From Amoebidium appalachense (Eukaryota > Protista > Ichthyosporea): a stretch of DNA of 64,000 nt. The translations under genes were made by a program, and so were the position numbers. How positions within the stretch are numbered: the first letter of the stretch is position 1; the number at the start of each line of letters is the position of its first letter. A model generated the notes under the pieces. That model was given only the letters and a program-made list of their open reading frames with translations. It searched no databases and was not told where the DNA came from. This document shows positions 1 through 11,867 of the stretch, piece after piece. The stretch covers positions 10,814,161 to 10,878,160 of the forward strand of contig CAVNZM010000001.1 in NCBI GenBank assembly GCA_963693365.1, given 5' to 3'.

Positions 1-356
1 CCCCTTACCCCCCCCCCCCCCCCCCCCCCCCCCCCCATAATTAATATACATATACATGTGTGTGTGTATTTTAAAATAAATTAAAACCCACACCAACCCA
101 AGGAAAGAAAACATCCAACAAAACAAATGCGGTTCGTACATTCTTGCAATAGCACAGCTGCCATGAAGTAGAAGGAAGGATAAATCATTATAATGAAGAA
201 GCAAGTGCGAAACGTGTCGTTTTGCAGAGTCATGCATGCTACGCACGAGATTTTGGGTGAAGGAAAAACACGGGTGTGTGGGAAGGGGGGATGAAGAACG
301 GTATAGGTTAATGTGAAAAGTGGCAGTGATGGTGCGTGTGCCTGTCTTCGGGCGCG

Positions 357-389
<33 letters not shown>

Positions 390-726
390 GGTTGATGAGG
401 AGGGGAAGAGGACGGGGGGGAGGGAGAAGGGGTTCGTCGAAAGACATTCTACAGGGTAAGGGTGGAAGAGAACAGCGTGACTCCCCCCCCCCCCAAACAC
501 ACACACCCACTTCCTATTACAATAGACCCCCCCCACCCCCACACACTCTTTCACCGAATATCCCAACCCAGCCCCACTTAACCAAACAAGACACCCATTC
601 TGCCACCTCCTCTTGCATTCCCTTTCCTCCCATACCTACATGGTGGTGTAGAAACACACATACTATTTCACACATTAGCTTCCAAACCAACATTCATGCC
701 TCCCCACCAGATTGCATCACCCCAGG

Positions 727-779
<53 letters not shown>

Positions 780-782
780 AGT

Positions 783-817
<35 letters not shown>

Positions 818-1040
818 GTACATGGTAAACGTTGGGTGACCCAACAGCCCCTGCATACGAAAATGGCATAGGCAAGGGGGACCCCGGGGGAAGGGAGGGG
901 GGGGAGGGGGGGGGTTACACACAATGAAACATCGGAGAACTAAGACATAATCAAAACAACAGTGGGGAGAGGAGAGGGAAGAGGGTGGGGAGGGGGAGGG
1001 ATGGACGAACAGTATGCAGATAAGCAAACCTGTGGGCCGG

Positions 1041-1075
<35 letters not shown>

Positions 1076-1171
1076 CTCTCTCCCCCCTTTATGCCGGAAA
1101 AGGCTAGCGATCCACACCAAATGCCAAGTACGTAAAACAGAGAACCAACAAGCTTAAGGGCTGGGGCTGCC

Positions 1172-1774
1172 GGGGGGGTTTGAATGCGTCAAAAAGTACG
1201 AAGTACACAAGAACAAACGGATAACACGATGCAGAATGCAAGCCATACATAAAGAGTATGCATAATAAGCAGAGCCCATCCTCAGGGGGGGCCCACGTCA
1301 TCCACAGTACCCGAGTTTCGACCTATTCACCTCGTTAACGGAACCCAACTCAGATACTGTTTCACTTGAACATGGGTAGGTCACCCGTCTTGATCAGAGA
1401 CGAGCAGGGTTGCTTATGCAGACAAGGGCAGTGGGAAAGGCCGGGGGTTAAAGTTGCAGCAGCACGCAGAAGCAAGAAAAATATAGATAGGAACTCAGAA
1501 GACGGGGCTTCTAGGAAGCTCCCCCGTCGCTACCTAAGTCGATACTTCCCTGGCCAACATACTGGCTAACATACTACACCAGCTGAAAAGAATTAAGTCC
1601 CGAAGGCCGCAGATTTCGCAATCAGAGGGGATTTGACCCACGCCGCAGGGTAGTAACACTCTTACTAGGGCGGAACTTTGACGTCTTCGAACGGAAAGCT
1701 ATGCCCCCGGATGTCAGCCGGAAATGTGGTATCACCCATTGCTTGAAGAAAGCCAAATCGATAGTCCGAGTTAT
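1172..1774 (-). mobile_element. Longest copy (~600 bp) of a dispersed non-coding repeat, retroposon-like ('family A')
   Basis: Near-identical, with a few substitutions and small indels, to 62401-63008; both copies end at the same points (GGGGTTTGAATGCG...GATAGTCCGAGTTAT). Shorter diverged copies elsewhere share only the G-run end, which is taken as the element's 3' end on the minus strand. Confidence 0.8.
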
Positions 1775-2169
1775 GTTACGCCGGCGGGTAACATGCCGCA
1801 TGGGTTCCAAGGGAGCTGTCGCCAACAGAGCGGTGTGTGCATGCGTGCGCGTAACGCAATGGGTGAAGTGTGTCTTTAGCTATGAGAGGGGGTATGCAGA
1901 AGTGGACAGATGAAGTGTGTGGAGAGAAAAACAGCAGGAAGAAAAGTAGACACCGGTGTGTGCAACCCCGCACAACATACATACACACACACACACACAC
2001 ACATAAATAAGCGAGAGGGGAAGGGGGCCTTTAATCTAGAGTAAAAGCATGCACGGGCGCTGAAGGTAAAAGCAAAAGCCCGGTCCTCATTATGCAACGA
2101 AGTGTATGTCTTTGAGCATGCTCTATGTCTGTGTGTGTGTTGAGGGGGAGGGTGAAGAGGGTTGGGGGG

Positions 2170-2389
2170 GGGGGGTTTATGCGGAACACGGTACGAAGTA
2201 CGCATACATGAAGGACACATGCAAAGGCAAACATTCAAGTATGCAACATCAGCCATGCGCACAGTACGCGTCATAAGCAGAGCCCATCCTCAGGGAGGGC
2301 CCAAGTCATCAATTGCGTCTGAGGTTCGACCCCTTAGCCAGCGTATATACGACTCTCCAACTCAGACAGCAGCATCAACTGAACTTGAA
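2170..2389 (-). mobile_element. Diverged, 5'-truncated family A copy
   Basis: Shares GTACGAAGTAC, ATAAGCAGAGCCCATCCTCAGGG.GGGCCCA.GTCATC, TTCGACC and CCAACTCAGA with 1172-1774 in the same order; begins at a poly-G tract. Confidence 0.7.
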
Positions 2390-2952
2390 GGAATGTGGGG
2401 GGGGGTCCATAAGGAGCATGTATTATCCCCCAAACCGGAGGTAACAGGACATTTCGAGTGAAAAGAAAGGGCACAATACAAAGTACAACATCAAAACAGA
2501 AAAAAACACAATGGAATGCAAAGGTGGTGTTGGTGGTAGATGTGCGTGTTTGGGGCCCCGGGGGCCGGGCGCGGGGGAAAGGGTCTATGGAGTCAAAACA
2601 GCAGCTACGAACACCCAAATCCGGGGGGAATAGCAGAGATTCACATTGGCATAGAGCCGATAGGAAACGAAATCAGCCCAGTTTCTGCACAGGGTAGAAA
2701 GGATGATAGGCTGAATGGGAAAGGAAGGGGTATGTGATTCTCTGGGTGAAGGAGGGCGGCCATGGGGAGGGTATTGGTGTAGGGGAGGGGAGAGGGGGGA
2801 GGGAGTGGAAGGGGTTGTAGGGTGAGAGGGAGGGTGGAGAGAGGTGAGAAGTTTGGTGAAGAGGAGGGGGGTGGAGAGGGGAGTTAGTAGGGTGAGAAAG
2901 GGTGAGCGAGGATGAAGAGCGATAGGTTTGGTGGAGGAGGGAAGGGGGGGAG

Positions 2953-2983
<31 letters not shown>

Positions 2984-3429
2984 AGGGGGGCCCTCGGAGA
3001 GTTCGAAGGCTGGAGCTTGGTGTAAGCACATGGGGAGAGATAAGAAGTCGAGGAAATGTCAGAACTTAGAAGCTAATGTTGATACATACACAGGACATCT
3101 TGAATATGGCTAGTATTCGCTTGTTCTAGTGCTATTAGATCTCACCCCCTCCCCTACCCCTCCCCCCCTACCACCACCACACACACTAAAACACATCCCT
3201 CTCCCCCAACGTAGCCGATTAGATGTGTGACCGTTGCTATCGGTGCAAGTAATCCAGGTTGACGGGGGTAGAAGCGGTTGGGAAGGGGGGGGGGGGACAA
3301 GGAATCCAGGGAGCAGTCGGGGAACAAAAAGACCAATTCGAGTGATAAGGAATAGATTGTGGTACACAGTATGAAGTGCAAGCTTATTACAACCAGAATA
3401 TGTACACACACCACCCTGAAAGTACTCAC

Positions 3430-3993
3430 CATGAGCAGAGGGAATGTGAATAATTGTTGTGTGTGTGTGTGTGTGTGTGTTGCGGGGGAGGGGGAGGCTT
3501 ATCACCCACCTTAGGCTTAGAAGGCAAGTGTTGTTGGAAGCATACAGAAGCGCCATGGGTATGATTGGACGTAGGAACGCTTGGGAGTAGGTGTGAATAG
3601 AAATAGGTGTGAATGGAAGTAGGTGTGACTGGAAGTAGGTATGTTTGCATGAAGATGTGGTTGGTAGTAGGTATGTTTGAAAGTAGGTATGATTTAAGTT
3701 TTGAAAGTTGATATGATTTTAAGTTTACATATTCATTAAAGTAGGAATGATTGAAAGTAGGCACAGTCTCCAAATGCAACGCACGAAGAGTGAAGCCCCC
3801 AAAGAAACGTTTTGCATCACCACCGTTAACTCCCCAGTTGCGGCTGATAATCCACAGGCCGCTGCCCCCACCAGCAATTTCCCAATTAGTCACCCACTAC
3901 AAACTTGGAATCACATCGTTGAGAAGCAACCCGCCCTCCTCCCCCTCCCCCCCCCCCCCCCCCTCCCCCCCTTTCATCCCTCCCCCCTCTAAC

Positions 3994-4032
<39 letters not shown>

Positions 4033-4150
4033 ACACACACACACAAGTGCCAACAAGTGAAGTCAATCTGGAAACTCACCGTTAGGCTGGGTTTCAAGGG
4101 AGTAGAGTTGAACCATCACGGCCGTTGGCAGACCACATGTCCAACCCTTA
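3430..4150 (-). other. Candidate exons of an unidentified spliced minus-strand transcript, possibly a membrane protein, probably continuing toward position 1
   Basis: Minus-strand segments 3896-3785 (TAG|...|GTGCGT) and 3579-3510 (AAG|...|GTGGGT) join in frame: WVTNWEIAGGGSGLWIISRNWGVNGGDAKRFFGGFTL-PFLRPIIPMALLYASNNTCLLSL. Further GTGAGT donors at ~4079 and ~3429. No consistent full reading frame could be built. Confidence 0.25.
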
Positions 4151-5147
4151 TACAGCCCACCTTCCTGCCCCACACCCACAGAACTCTACTATAAACTCCA
4201 AGAAACTCAAGCAAAGACTGCTCCATTATTTCTCTTGGCCACCCCACTATTCCTCTCAATTTTGTAGTATACTAATCTCCACACAGTCTTTGAAACTGAC
4301 ACTCTCCTCCCCCCTCGATTTGAATAGGCCTGCGTCTTCAAGTTGGTGCCATGCATGTTGACGTTATTGTAGCTGCCTTTTTTGGTTATCACGTTTCGGT
4401 ATTGAGCGCTGATTGGTCGTGATCCGAAACTGCTCTTAATTGGTGGATCACAATTGAACTATTAAATCACCCCGTAATGTCAGTGATTATGTCACAAACA
4501 TGGAGAATAGGCTCAGAACACAATGTATCATATAAAATCAATAAATAATGGCGACTTCTTGTTTTTTCATATCGATAGGTTTTTCTTTGCTTTGGTTGTA
4601 TAAACTGGCATTATTCAAGTCTTATTTGCTGTTGATTGAAAATAGCCAAGGTTGAACGATTCTGACTGGCAGATAGATGTTAGAGAGGAGGGCAAAAAGG
4701 CTTTGTCCTACTCCTGGGCCAAATCTTCGCCAAGTTGCTGGACGCTTCCACAATGAGCGAGACAAAGTAAACAAACAAAAAGAATCCAATAGCCGGTTTA
4801 AGCCTCGTGCCCTGCTCCGTTATTATTCGAATTTACTTGCAGTTATCGGCTGAATATACGTTACAGTATGTAGGTGTTACGTCAATCCCAACACAGTTAC
4901 ATGCATATGTACATATATACATGAATATGTGTTTGCAAATTTATGTGCACTTCTTTAGCATTCACCTGCGCAGTAGCTAACGAAGGGTTTGTTCCATTCA
5001 AGTAGTTAATTATCGGTATTTGTGTGTGGGTCATATGTTGGCTGAATAGTGTATCAGATTTAAGCGCTTTTCATCGAGTTATATTTGAAGAAAATGTAAC
5101 CCTGACTTGAAAGCTTGCTTCGCTCTGCATGCGGTTACTAGGAACGT

Positions 5148-5330
5148 CCAATCAACCCTTGGAGCGACCCAGCAGAAGCGCTTTTACTTTGAGTTCGAAT
5201 TCCGCAGTTTTCACCAATTAGAGCAACAACATAATCTTTTAAAATAGTTTAATGTCCCGTATCCAGGGTTATCAGCTCTATATCATGCCTCTCAATATTC
5301 CAAGCGTGGCACCATGGCTGCTATATAAAG
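5148..5330 (+). promoter_or_regulatory. Phosphate carrier core promoter (CCAAT boxes, TATA)
   Basis: CCAAT at ~5148 and ~5214; TATATAAA at 5322-5329; followed by a probable 5'UTR intron 5390(GTACGT)-5634(TCAG) with CTAAT branch-like motif at ~5612. Confidence 0.55.
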
Positions 5331-5661
5331 GGCCTGTTTGTTTCCGCTTCTTTTAGTCAGACTCTCATTCCTGTTCACCGTTCGTATCGGTACGTTACCT
5401 CGCTATTTCACGTTTTTTTTTGCAGCCCTCTCCCTCGCTCCAAAATGATATGCATTTCTTACAACCATGAGAAGTGAGTGTACTCCTTAGCTTCTCCACT
5501 GCAGTACAAGACATTCGACTGCAGTACAAGACATTTAGACATTTTGAGTTAGTTTTTTCAAGGATTGGTCGGTAGGTTGCTTTAGGCACGAAAGGACAAA
5601 GAATCCCTCTTCTAATATACTTATTTCTCCTCAGGTTAACCGGCGTCGGTTCAACGCAAAA

Positions 5662-8602
5662 ATGGCGACACAGAAATGGGATGCCCGCTACTCGCACCCC
5701 GTACCCCACAACAACACTTACTATGCTAAGTGCATGTTGGGTGGTGTGCTCAGCTGCGGTCTGACACACTTTGCCATCACCCCCATGGATGTTGTCAAGT
5801 GCAACATGCAGGCACGTCCCCCTGACCCCTTCACTTCTCCCTCTGTCCTTCTCCGTCTCGTTTCTCTCTTTCTCCCCTCCCCCCTTCTTCCCCAATCCTC
5901 TGTTCTTTCTTCAGCTTCCACTCCCGTTTCCCTTGTACTTCTTGGACCTTTCTCATCACCCTTTGCCCTTTCTGTTACCTTCATGATGTGAAGCCGTGAA
6001 GTCTTGTTCTTGGTTGTATACACCTGTATAGGGTTGTCACTGGCCTTTCCTTTCAGACTTAACCCTGTTCGAGGACCACTCATATCTGTACATACGAGCG
6101 CATAATGTTGGTTTATTCCATTAATGTGAAGTTGTTAACTGCTTAGTGCAAGGCAAGTTTTCACTGGTCACGGTTTCAGCCCTCCCAGATTTCTGGTGAA
6201 GTCAAGGTTCTGGACAGGTCAATCATATTGTCTCCAGGGGCTTGCTTGCCCTTGCTCATGTTACACATCGGTGCTATACATGGCTATCCGAAGTCACTCT
6301 CCCTTCTCGGGCTGTCTACCAACCAAACAAAGTCTCCCGGATTCACAGTAAATGTGTTACCACTCTTTGCCAGGGCACTAACCCTTGTCGGTACCTCTGC
6401 AGGTCAACCCCAGCAAGTTCAAGGGCCTTGTGCCGGGCTTGAAGCTCGTTGCTGCCGAGGAGGGCACTGCTGCTCTGTTCAAGGGCTGGGCCCCCACTCT
6501 GATCGGCTACTCTGCTCAGGTGTGTACTTACTAGCCCTTTGTGAATGAGCAGTTTTTACACCCTGCCATGTAGTTTGGGTGAAGCGGGGGTGTGAAGTAG
6601 CTCTGCTTTGGGAGCAGTTGGGTAAACTAGAAAGGGACCCAACCCACCGATGTGTAGCATAGCCCTGTCCTGGTGTGGGAGTTTGTGGTTGTGGGCACGG
6701 TGGTTTGTGGGGAATCATAGGTGTAGAGGTAACATGCAGGGTAGTAAATGTACAAACTAGCAATGGCGGCCACGGGGAATGCTTGTGTTGACATGCACTA
6801 GGTAAAGGGTGCGTAGGGCTCAGTGTTTTATTGGCCGTTCGTTCTGACATCAAGGTTTGCCACAGGGTCTGTGCAAGTTCGGTTTCTACGAGTACTTCAA
6901 GGATCTCTACAGCACCATGGCCGGTGAGGAGAACTCCTACAAGTACCGTGGTATGATCTACCTTGCCGGCTCGGCCTCTGCCGAGTTCTTTGCCGACATT
7001 GCCCTGTGCCCATGGGAGATGGTTAAGGTTAAGGTGCAGACCTCCCCCGCCGGCACCTTCCCCACTGGTCTTGGTGCCGCATGGGCCGCCATGTCCGCCA
7101 ACAAGCTTGAGACACGCTTCCCCTTCGGCTCCCTCGTTCCCCTCTGGTCCCGCCAGATCCCCTACACCATGGCCAAGTTCTTCTTCTTCGAGAAGACCGT
7201 CGAGGCCTTCTACACGTACGTGTTCACGCAGCCCCGCAGCACCTACAGCAAGGGCACCCAGCTCGGCGTCACCTTCGGTTCTGGTTACATTGCCGGTGTC
7301 ATCTGCGCCATCGTCTCCCACCCTGCCGGTGTGTAGTCCCTCCCATCCCTCCCTGTGCTATATAGTGTTACCCCCCCACCCCTCCCTCCCTTGCCTTGTG
7401 TTGCAAACTTTGTGTGCAAACTTTGTGTATGTATGGATTCTAAACCAGTACTTGATGCTGCATACCAGGTTTACCTTCAACCTGCCCGCCCCCCCCCCCC
7501 CCCCCCCCCCCCCCTCTTCCCCTCTTAACTGTGGTTTCATCTTCGTCCTTGAACACCTTTCTATGGCCCCTGGTCATCATCTTGTTGGTTCCTTGCTGTG
7601 CCTACCTCAATCAAACCCCTCCAACCCAGCACACAGACATACAGAGTTTCCTTGTGCCCGTTTCCTTGTGCCCGCACGGCAAACTGCTCTACACCTGCAA
7701 TAATCAATTCAATCGAAATGCACCGTCTTGTCTCCTACCTCCCTACCTACTTCCCTCCCCTCCCTCCCTACTCAAGCAACAATTCATCTAACATGATCCC
7801 CCGTGCAGACTCTATTGTGTCGCAGATGGGCAAGGCTAGCAACAAGGGTAAGGGCTTCGGTCAGATTGCCAGCGAGGTGGGCATCTACAAGCTGTGCACT
7901 GCTGGTCTTGGCACTCGTATTCTGATGATCGGTACCCTCACCGGTCTTCAGGTAAACAACTCCCTCCCCTCCCCCCCCCCCCCCCCCCCCCCCCCCTCCC
8001 CCCCTCTCACCCCCTTACGTAGTCTTACAGCCGCCCCAAGTCCTTGCACGTTACACCATGCACATACCCCCCTACGTGTGTCCTCACCCTCTCCCTTACC
8101 GCTATCTTCCCACTTACCCGTTTCTCGCTTCTCACTGAAGTGAAACACGTATAGTATATAGATTGGTGGGGACAAGAGGACATGGCACACGTCGTTTGTT
8201 GGGCACGTGTCTGACGCCCCCTCTCCCAACAGTGGTGGATCTATGATGCATACAAAGCATACACTCATGTAGCCGCAGAGAGAGCCATGCATAGGGATAT
8301 TGTGCAGTCACGTTATGCTTAGCTCTATGCTTTCACCCTATCTGGGCTGTGGGCACGGTTTTTCTTTACCTTTTTATAGCGCACGTAGCTGAATGGAGAA
8401 TACAATTGCCATCGCACAACTGAAAATTAGGCATATTTTGATTGACCCAAATACGTCGATTTTCATATACGTATGTAGGTATTATGTATGTATGAGCAGG
8501 TATTGAAACCTTTCCCCCTTCCCTCTTCAGTGGTGGATCTACGACACTTTCAAGACCGTTATGGGCATGGGTACTTCCGGCGGTGTGCAGAAGAAGCACT
8601 AA
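5662..8602 (+). CDS. SLC25A3: Mitochondrial phosphate carrier (SLC25A3/MIR1/PiC family)
   Basis: Exons 5662-5811, 6403-6519, 6866-7328, 7809-7951, 8531-8602 join in phase. Carrier motifs PMDVVK, PWEMVKVK, HPAD; family-typical GYSAQGLCKFGFYEYFK, LWSRQIPYTMAKFFFFE, MIGTLTGLQWWIYD. The first coding intron is GC-AG. Confidence 0.95.
8233..8322 (+). CDS. Alternative (duplicated) terminal exon of the phosphate carrier
   Basis: CTGAC branch-like motif plus CCCCCTCTCCCAACAG acceptor, then in-phase WWIYDAYKAYTHVAAERAMHRDIVQSRYA*, paralogous to WWIYDTFK... of exon 8531-8602. Confidence 0.7.
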   Translation, partial: WWIYDAYKAYTHVAAERAMHRDIVQSRYA

Positions 8603-10569
8603 ATGCTTATTTGCCACATGTCACGGGTGCCGGTTGCCGGGCTCGTTTTGATTGGTTGACGGCGGCTGGCCGCCTAGTAACGCCAAATCAAAAAGGGAAT
8701 CAGGGCCTGGGGTTCACCACGGCCGAATTTTTTTGTAGGAATGAAGATGACGCTAACATAGAAACCGCGGTCAGTCCGAGGGACTTTCAGGGTTATATAT
8801 CCGTCGATGGCACACCCACACGAATGCAGAGCCCAGGCCTGTGGTCTGGCACTTGCTTTCAAATATATTGTTTCCTTCACTGCAAACCCTTATGACTCCC
8901 AGTGTTGGTCTTTCTACTCTATACTCGTGTGACCGGAACCCCCCACCGCGCTCCCCCTCCCCCTCCCCCCGGGGGGCCAACACACACTGCGGATAACTTG
9001 GGCCAAAGCGGCCCTACCGCATATTCTCTGTGTGTGCTTTGCTTTGTTTTCTCCGCCGTGACTTGAATGTGGTTACTTTATATTCTGTAGCACATTCGTA
9101 CTTCTGACCTAACCCCTCCCCGTTTGCCTTCGAATTCAGGGCAAGAAGCTCCAGCATGGGGCGTAGAGAGGGGAGACCCCAGCCCCATCGGGGGGGTTGC
9201 CTAAAAGAGTAAATAAGAATATCAATATTAGGTCAACGAATCATTCCTACTTCTTTATTTGTTTCTAAAAACCATTTTGTACGGTTTGGGATTGTGGCGG
9301 CTACTTGACAATGTATGGACGTACAGCTTCATTTTAACGACTCACCTGCCAGACGAATTTGCAAGACATATATGGTCAATGTCGGGATTGGTCCGTTATA
9401 CAGTCTGAGCGCGGGCCCGCGCGCGGGGATTTCAAATTTTAGCGCCGTGAGCCACGAGCACGTGGACTGTCGGCTTGGTCTCCCATACCCCAAAACTCCC
9501 TAAACTCTTTGGGGGCCGCGAATAACTCATAAGGAATTTGATCAATGGGACATGAAATTTCAATTTCTGAACGCTTAGTCCTTAATGAGGGTGCCGTTCC
9601 TGTCATGCATATCGTTACTTTTATAAAAGGAAGGGGGGGGGGGGGGAGTGTAAAAGGCCTCAAATTTGGGGTGGGATGGAAATATGACCCCGGGGAAGAT
9701 TACAGACTGAGTGTGTGTACATGCGGTGTGCACGTGTGTGGGGGGGGGGGGGGGGGGGAGGAAGGGGGGTGCTGTGCATTGGAAGGTTGGAGTTCCGGCG
9801 GTGGAGAAATTTCACCCTGAATGAAAACGCGTTTCAGAATCGAATTCAAAAGCCAGAATCAGATCCGGGCCGGGGCTCGCGGGAGCTCGCGATCAGTGGT
9901 GGGGGGCGGGTAGTGTAGGGGCTTGGGGGTAGTGGCGATGCGGAGATCTCTAGATCTCTAGAGGCTGGGGGGGGGGGGGAGGCGGGATGGGGTCGATAAC
10001 TTATACTAGGCTCCCCGGGCAGTTAAATCCTGAAGAGCTCTGTGTACGTTGAGTCAGTGATTGTTTTTAAGTTATTATATAATCCATACGTATACATTTT
10101 TAAACAATTCAACGGGAGACGGGGAGGGCTGGTAATGCATATGCTGCGATGTGTGTGTGTACATGTGTGTTTGTGTGGCTGTGCGTGTGCGTGTGTCACA
10201 CATGTACACACACATACCCTGCACGTGTACACAACATTGCAACAGGGGGGGGGGGGGAGACACAAACGTGCACACACATGCAACAGGGGGGGGGGGGGGA
10301 GGGGAGGTGGCAGGGGGGGGGGGGGGGGGGGGAAGGGGAGGAGGGGGGGGGGGGGGGGAGGGGGGGGAGGAACTGGGAGGAGTTGTATTGTGAAATGACG
10401 TGCTAATTTACACCTAACAGGGACACAATATAATAGCTTACTAAGCAGGATAAATAAATTATTCGGCAAGCCATTTATCATTACGGTACCGGTACATCAA
10501 TGCAAATCTGGTGGAGTGCATCGAATGACTGGTCAAAACGAACGTGCAAAATGCATTCCCCCCTCCGGA

Positions 10570-10612
<43 letters not shown>

Positions 10613-10647
10613 GCCCCCCCCCCCCCCCTCCCCCCCCGCCCCCCCCC

Positions 10648-10685
<38 letters not shown>

Positions 10686-11744
10686 TGCCCCTCTCATTTC
10701 CCCCCCCTCCCCCACTCCCAGCGCGCGCACACAAACTTTGAAAAGCGTTGCCAAAATACAGCACAGGAAACATGCTTCCAAAAGGTGGCAATCTAGACTT
10801 CCGAACATATCCATAGTATCCATGTAAACAATAGACACAGTTTAAGAGATCTAGAAGGTGCACAGACCAAAGCACATGCACTGAATTCGAGACATGCACA
10901 TGAATCGTCAATAAAGTTATCTGGATGAAATTTCACCACACAGTGTATCCACACGAAGTGTAGTTGGCAGACTGAGTGGTAAATACTTGTTGGGTTATGG
11001 TTTATCTGTAATTTTATCGCAGGGCCTCTCGCTTGTAAGCCAACAATGGTCAACCACTTTATAAAAATATGCTATACTATTTCTGCCAACATTTCTGTAA
11101 GTGTGTGTATGAACATGCTGTATACTTAATAAAAAAACCATATATAACAAGGTTTATCTAACGATGGGGTGTAATATGTAACATGCTTGCTTCCGTCTGC
11201 AAACGATGTAAGGTGGATAGTTATAAATTACACGAACACTACACAGCCTACTATTTCCAAGCTCCGGTACATCTATCAACAAATTGATATGAACACTGGG
11301 ACATACAATCTCGCCAATACAGCACATCTTCAGGCTATCCCTGTATTTAAAGGACGAGATACACTTGAGGTTGTTATCTAATCAATACACTTTGACTCTA
11401 GTGATTTGTTATCTGCATGCATCTGCGTGTCGCTAACGCTCTCTCTCTTTCTGTATGCCTGCGTCTGTGTGTGCTTTGTCGCATTTGTTGGAGAATGCGC
11501 GTGTTTCTGTCCACATTCTGTTAAGTGGGTGTTGGCAGCACGAGTTATTGTCTCTACATGATAGTCACCAGAATCATTACGGTAGTTGTATGTGGAGCCT
11601 CTTTACTGAGGCATCCGGGGAAAGGGTTCTACAAGAGTAAGCGAGCAGACTCATAGAAAGAAGCAGGGAGGAAGGGATGGAATTTGCGAACAACTAGGGA
11701 TATCGATGAACTCAGCGTTTTGGGGGGGGGGGGGGGGGGGGGGG

Positions 11745-11827
<83 letters not shown>

Positions 11828-11867
11828 TGTGTGCGTGTGTATTGGGGGGGGGGGGGGGGGGGGGGGG

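Noticed and set aside
1275-1362. Hammerhead ribozyme in family A (CUGAGGA, CGAAAC, GUU)
   Set aside because: The motifs are in the wrong order: CUGAGGA lies 3' of GAAAC with no stem II-GAAA after it, and the expected core position reads UUAACGA and is not conserved among copies.
1366-1569. Repeated short ORF MNMGRSPVL... (also 62595-62786) as a gene
   Set aside because: It repeats only because the element repeats; the 3' ends differ by indels and no domain is recognisable.
2320-2345. tRNA or B-box-like GGTTCGACCCC
   Set aside because: No cloverleaf or A-box; it lies on the strand opposite the inferred element RNA and is not conserved.
6479-7321. 280-aa minus-strand ORF, and similar ones opposite GFAT, AIFM2 and Mlx
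   Set aside because: These are antisense shadows of codon-biased coding exons.
9134-9822. Possible DNA transposon bounded by ATTCAGGG...CCCTGAAT
   Set aside because: Only 8 bp of inverted match and no target-site duplication.
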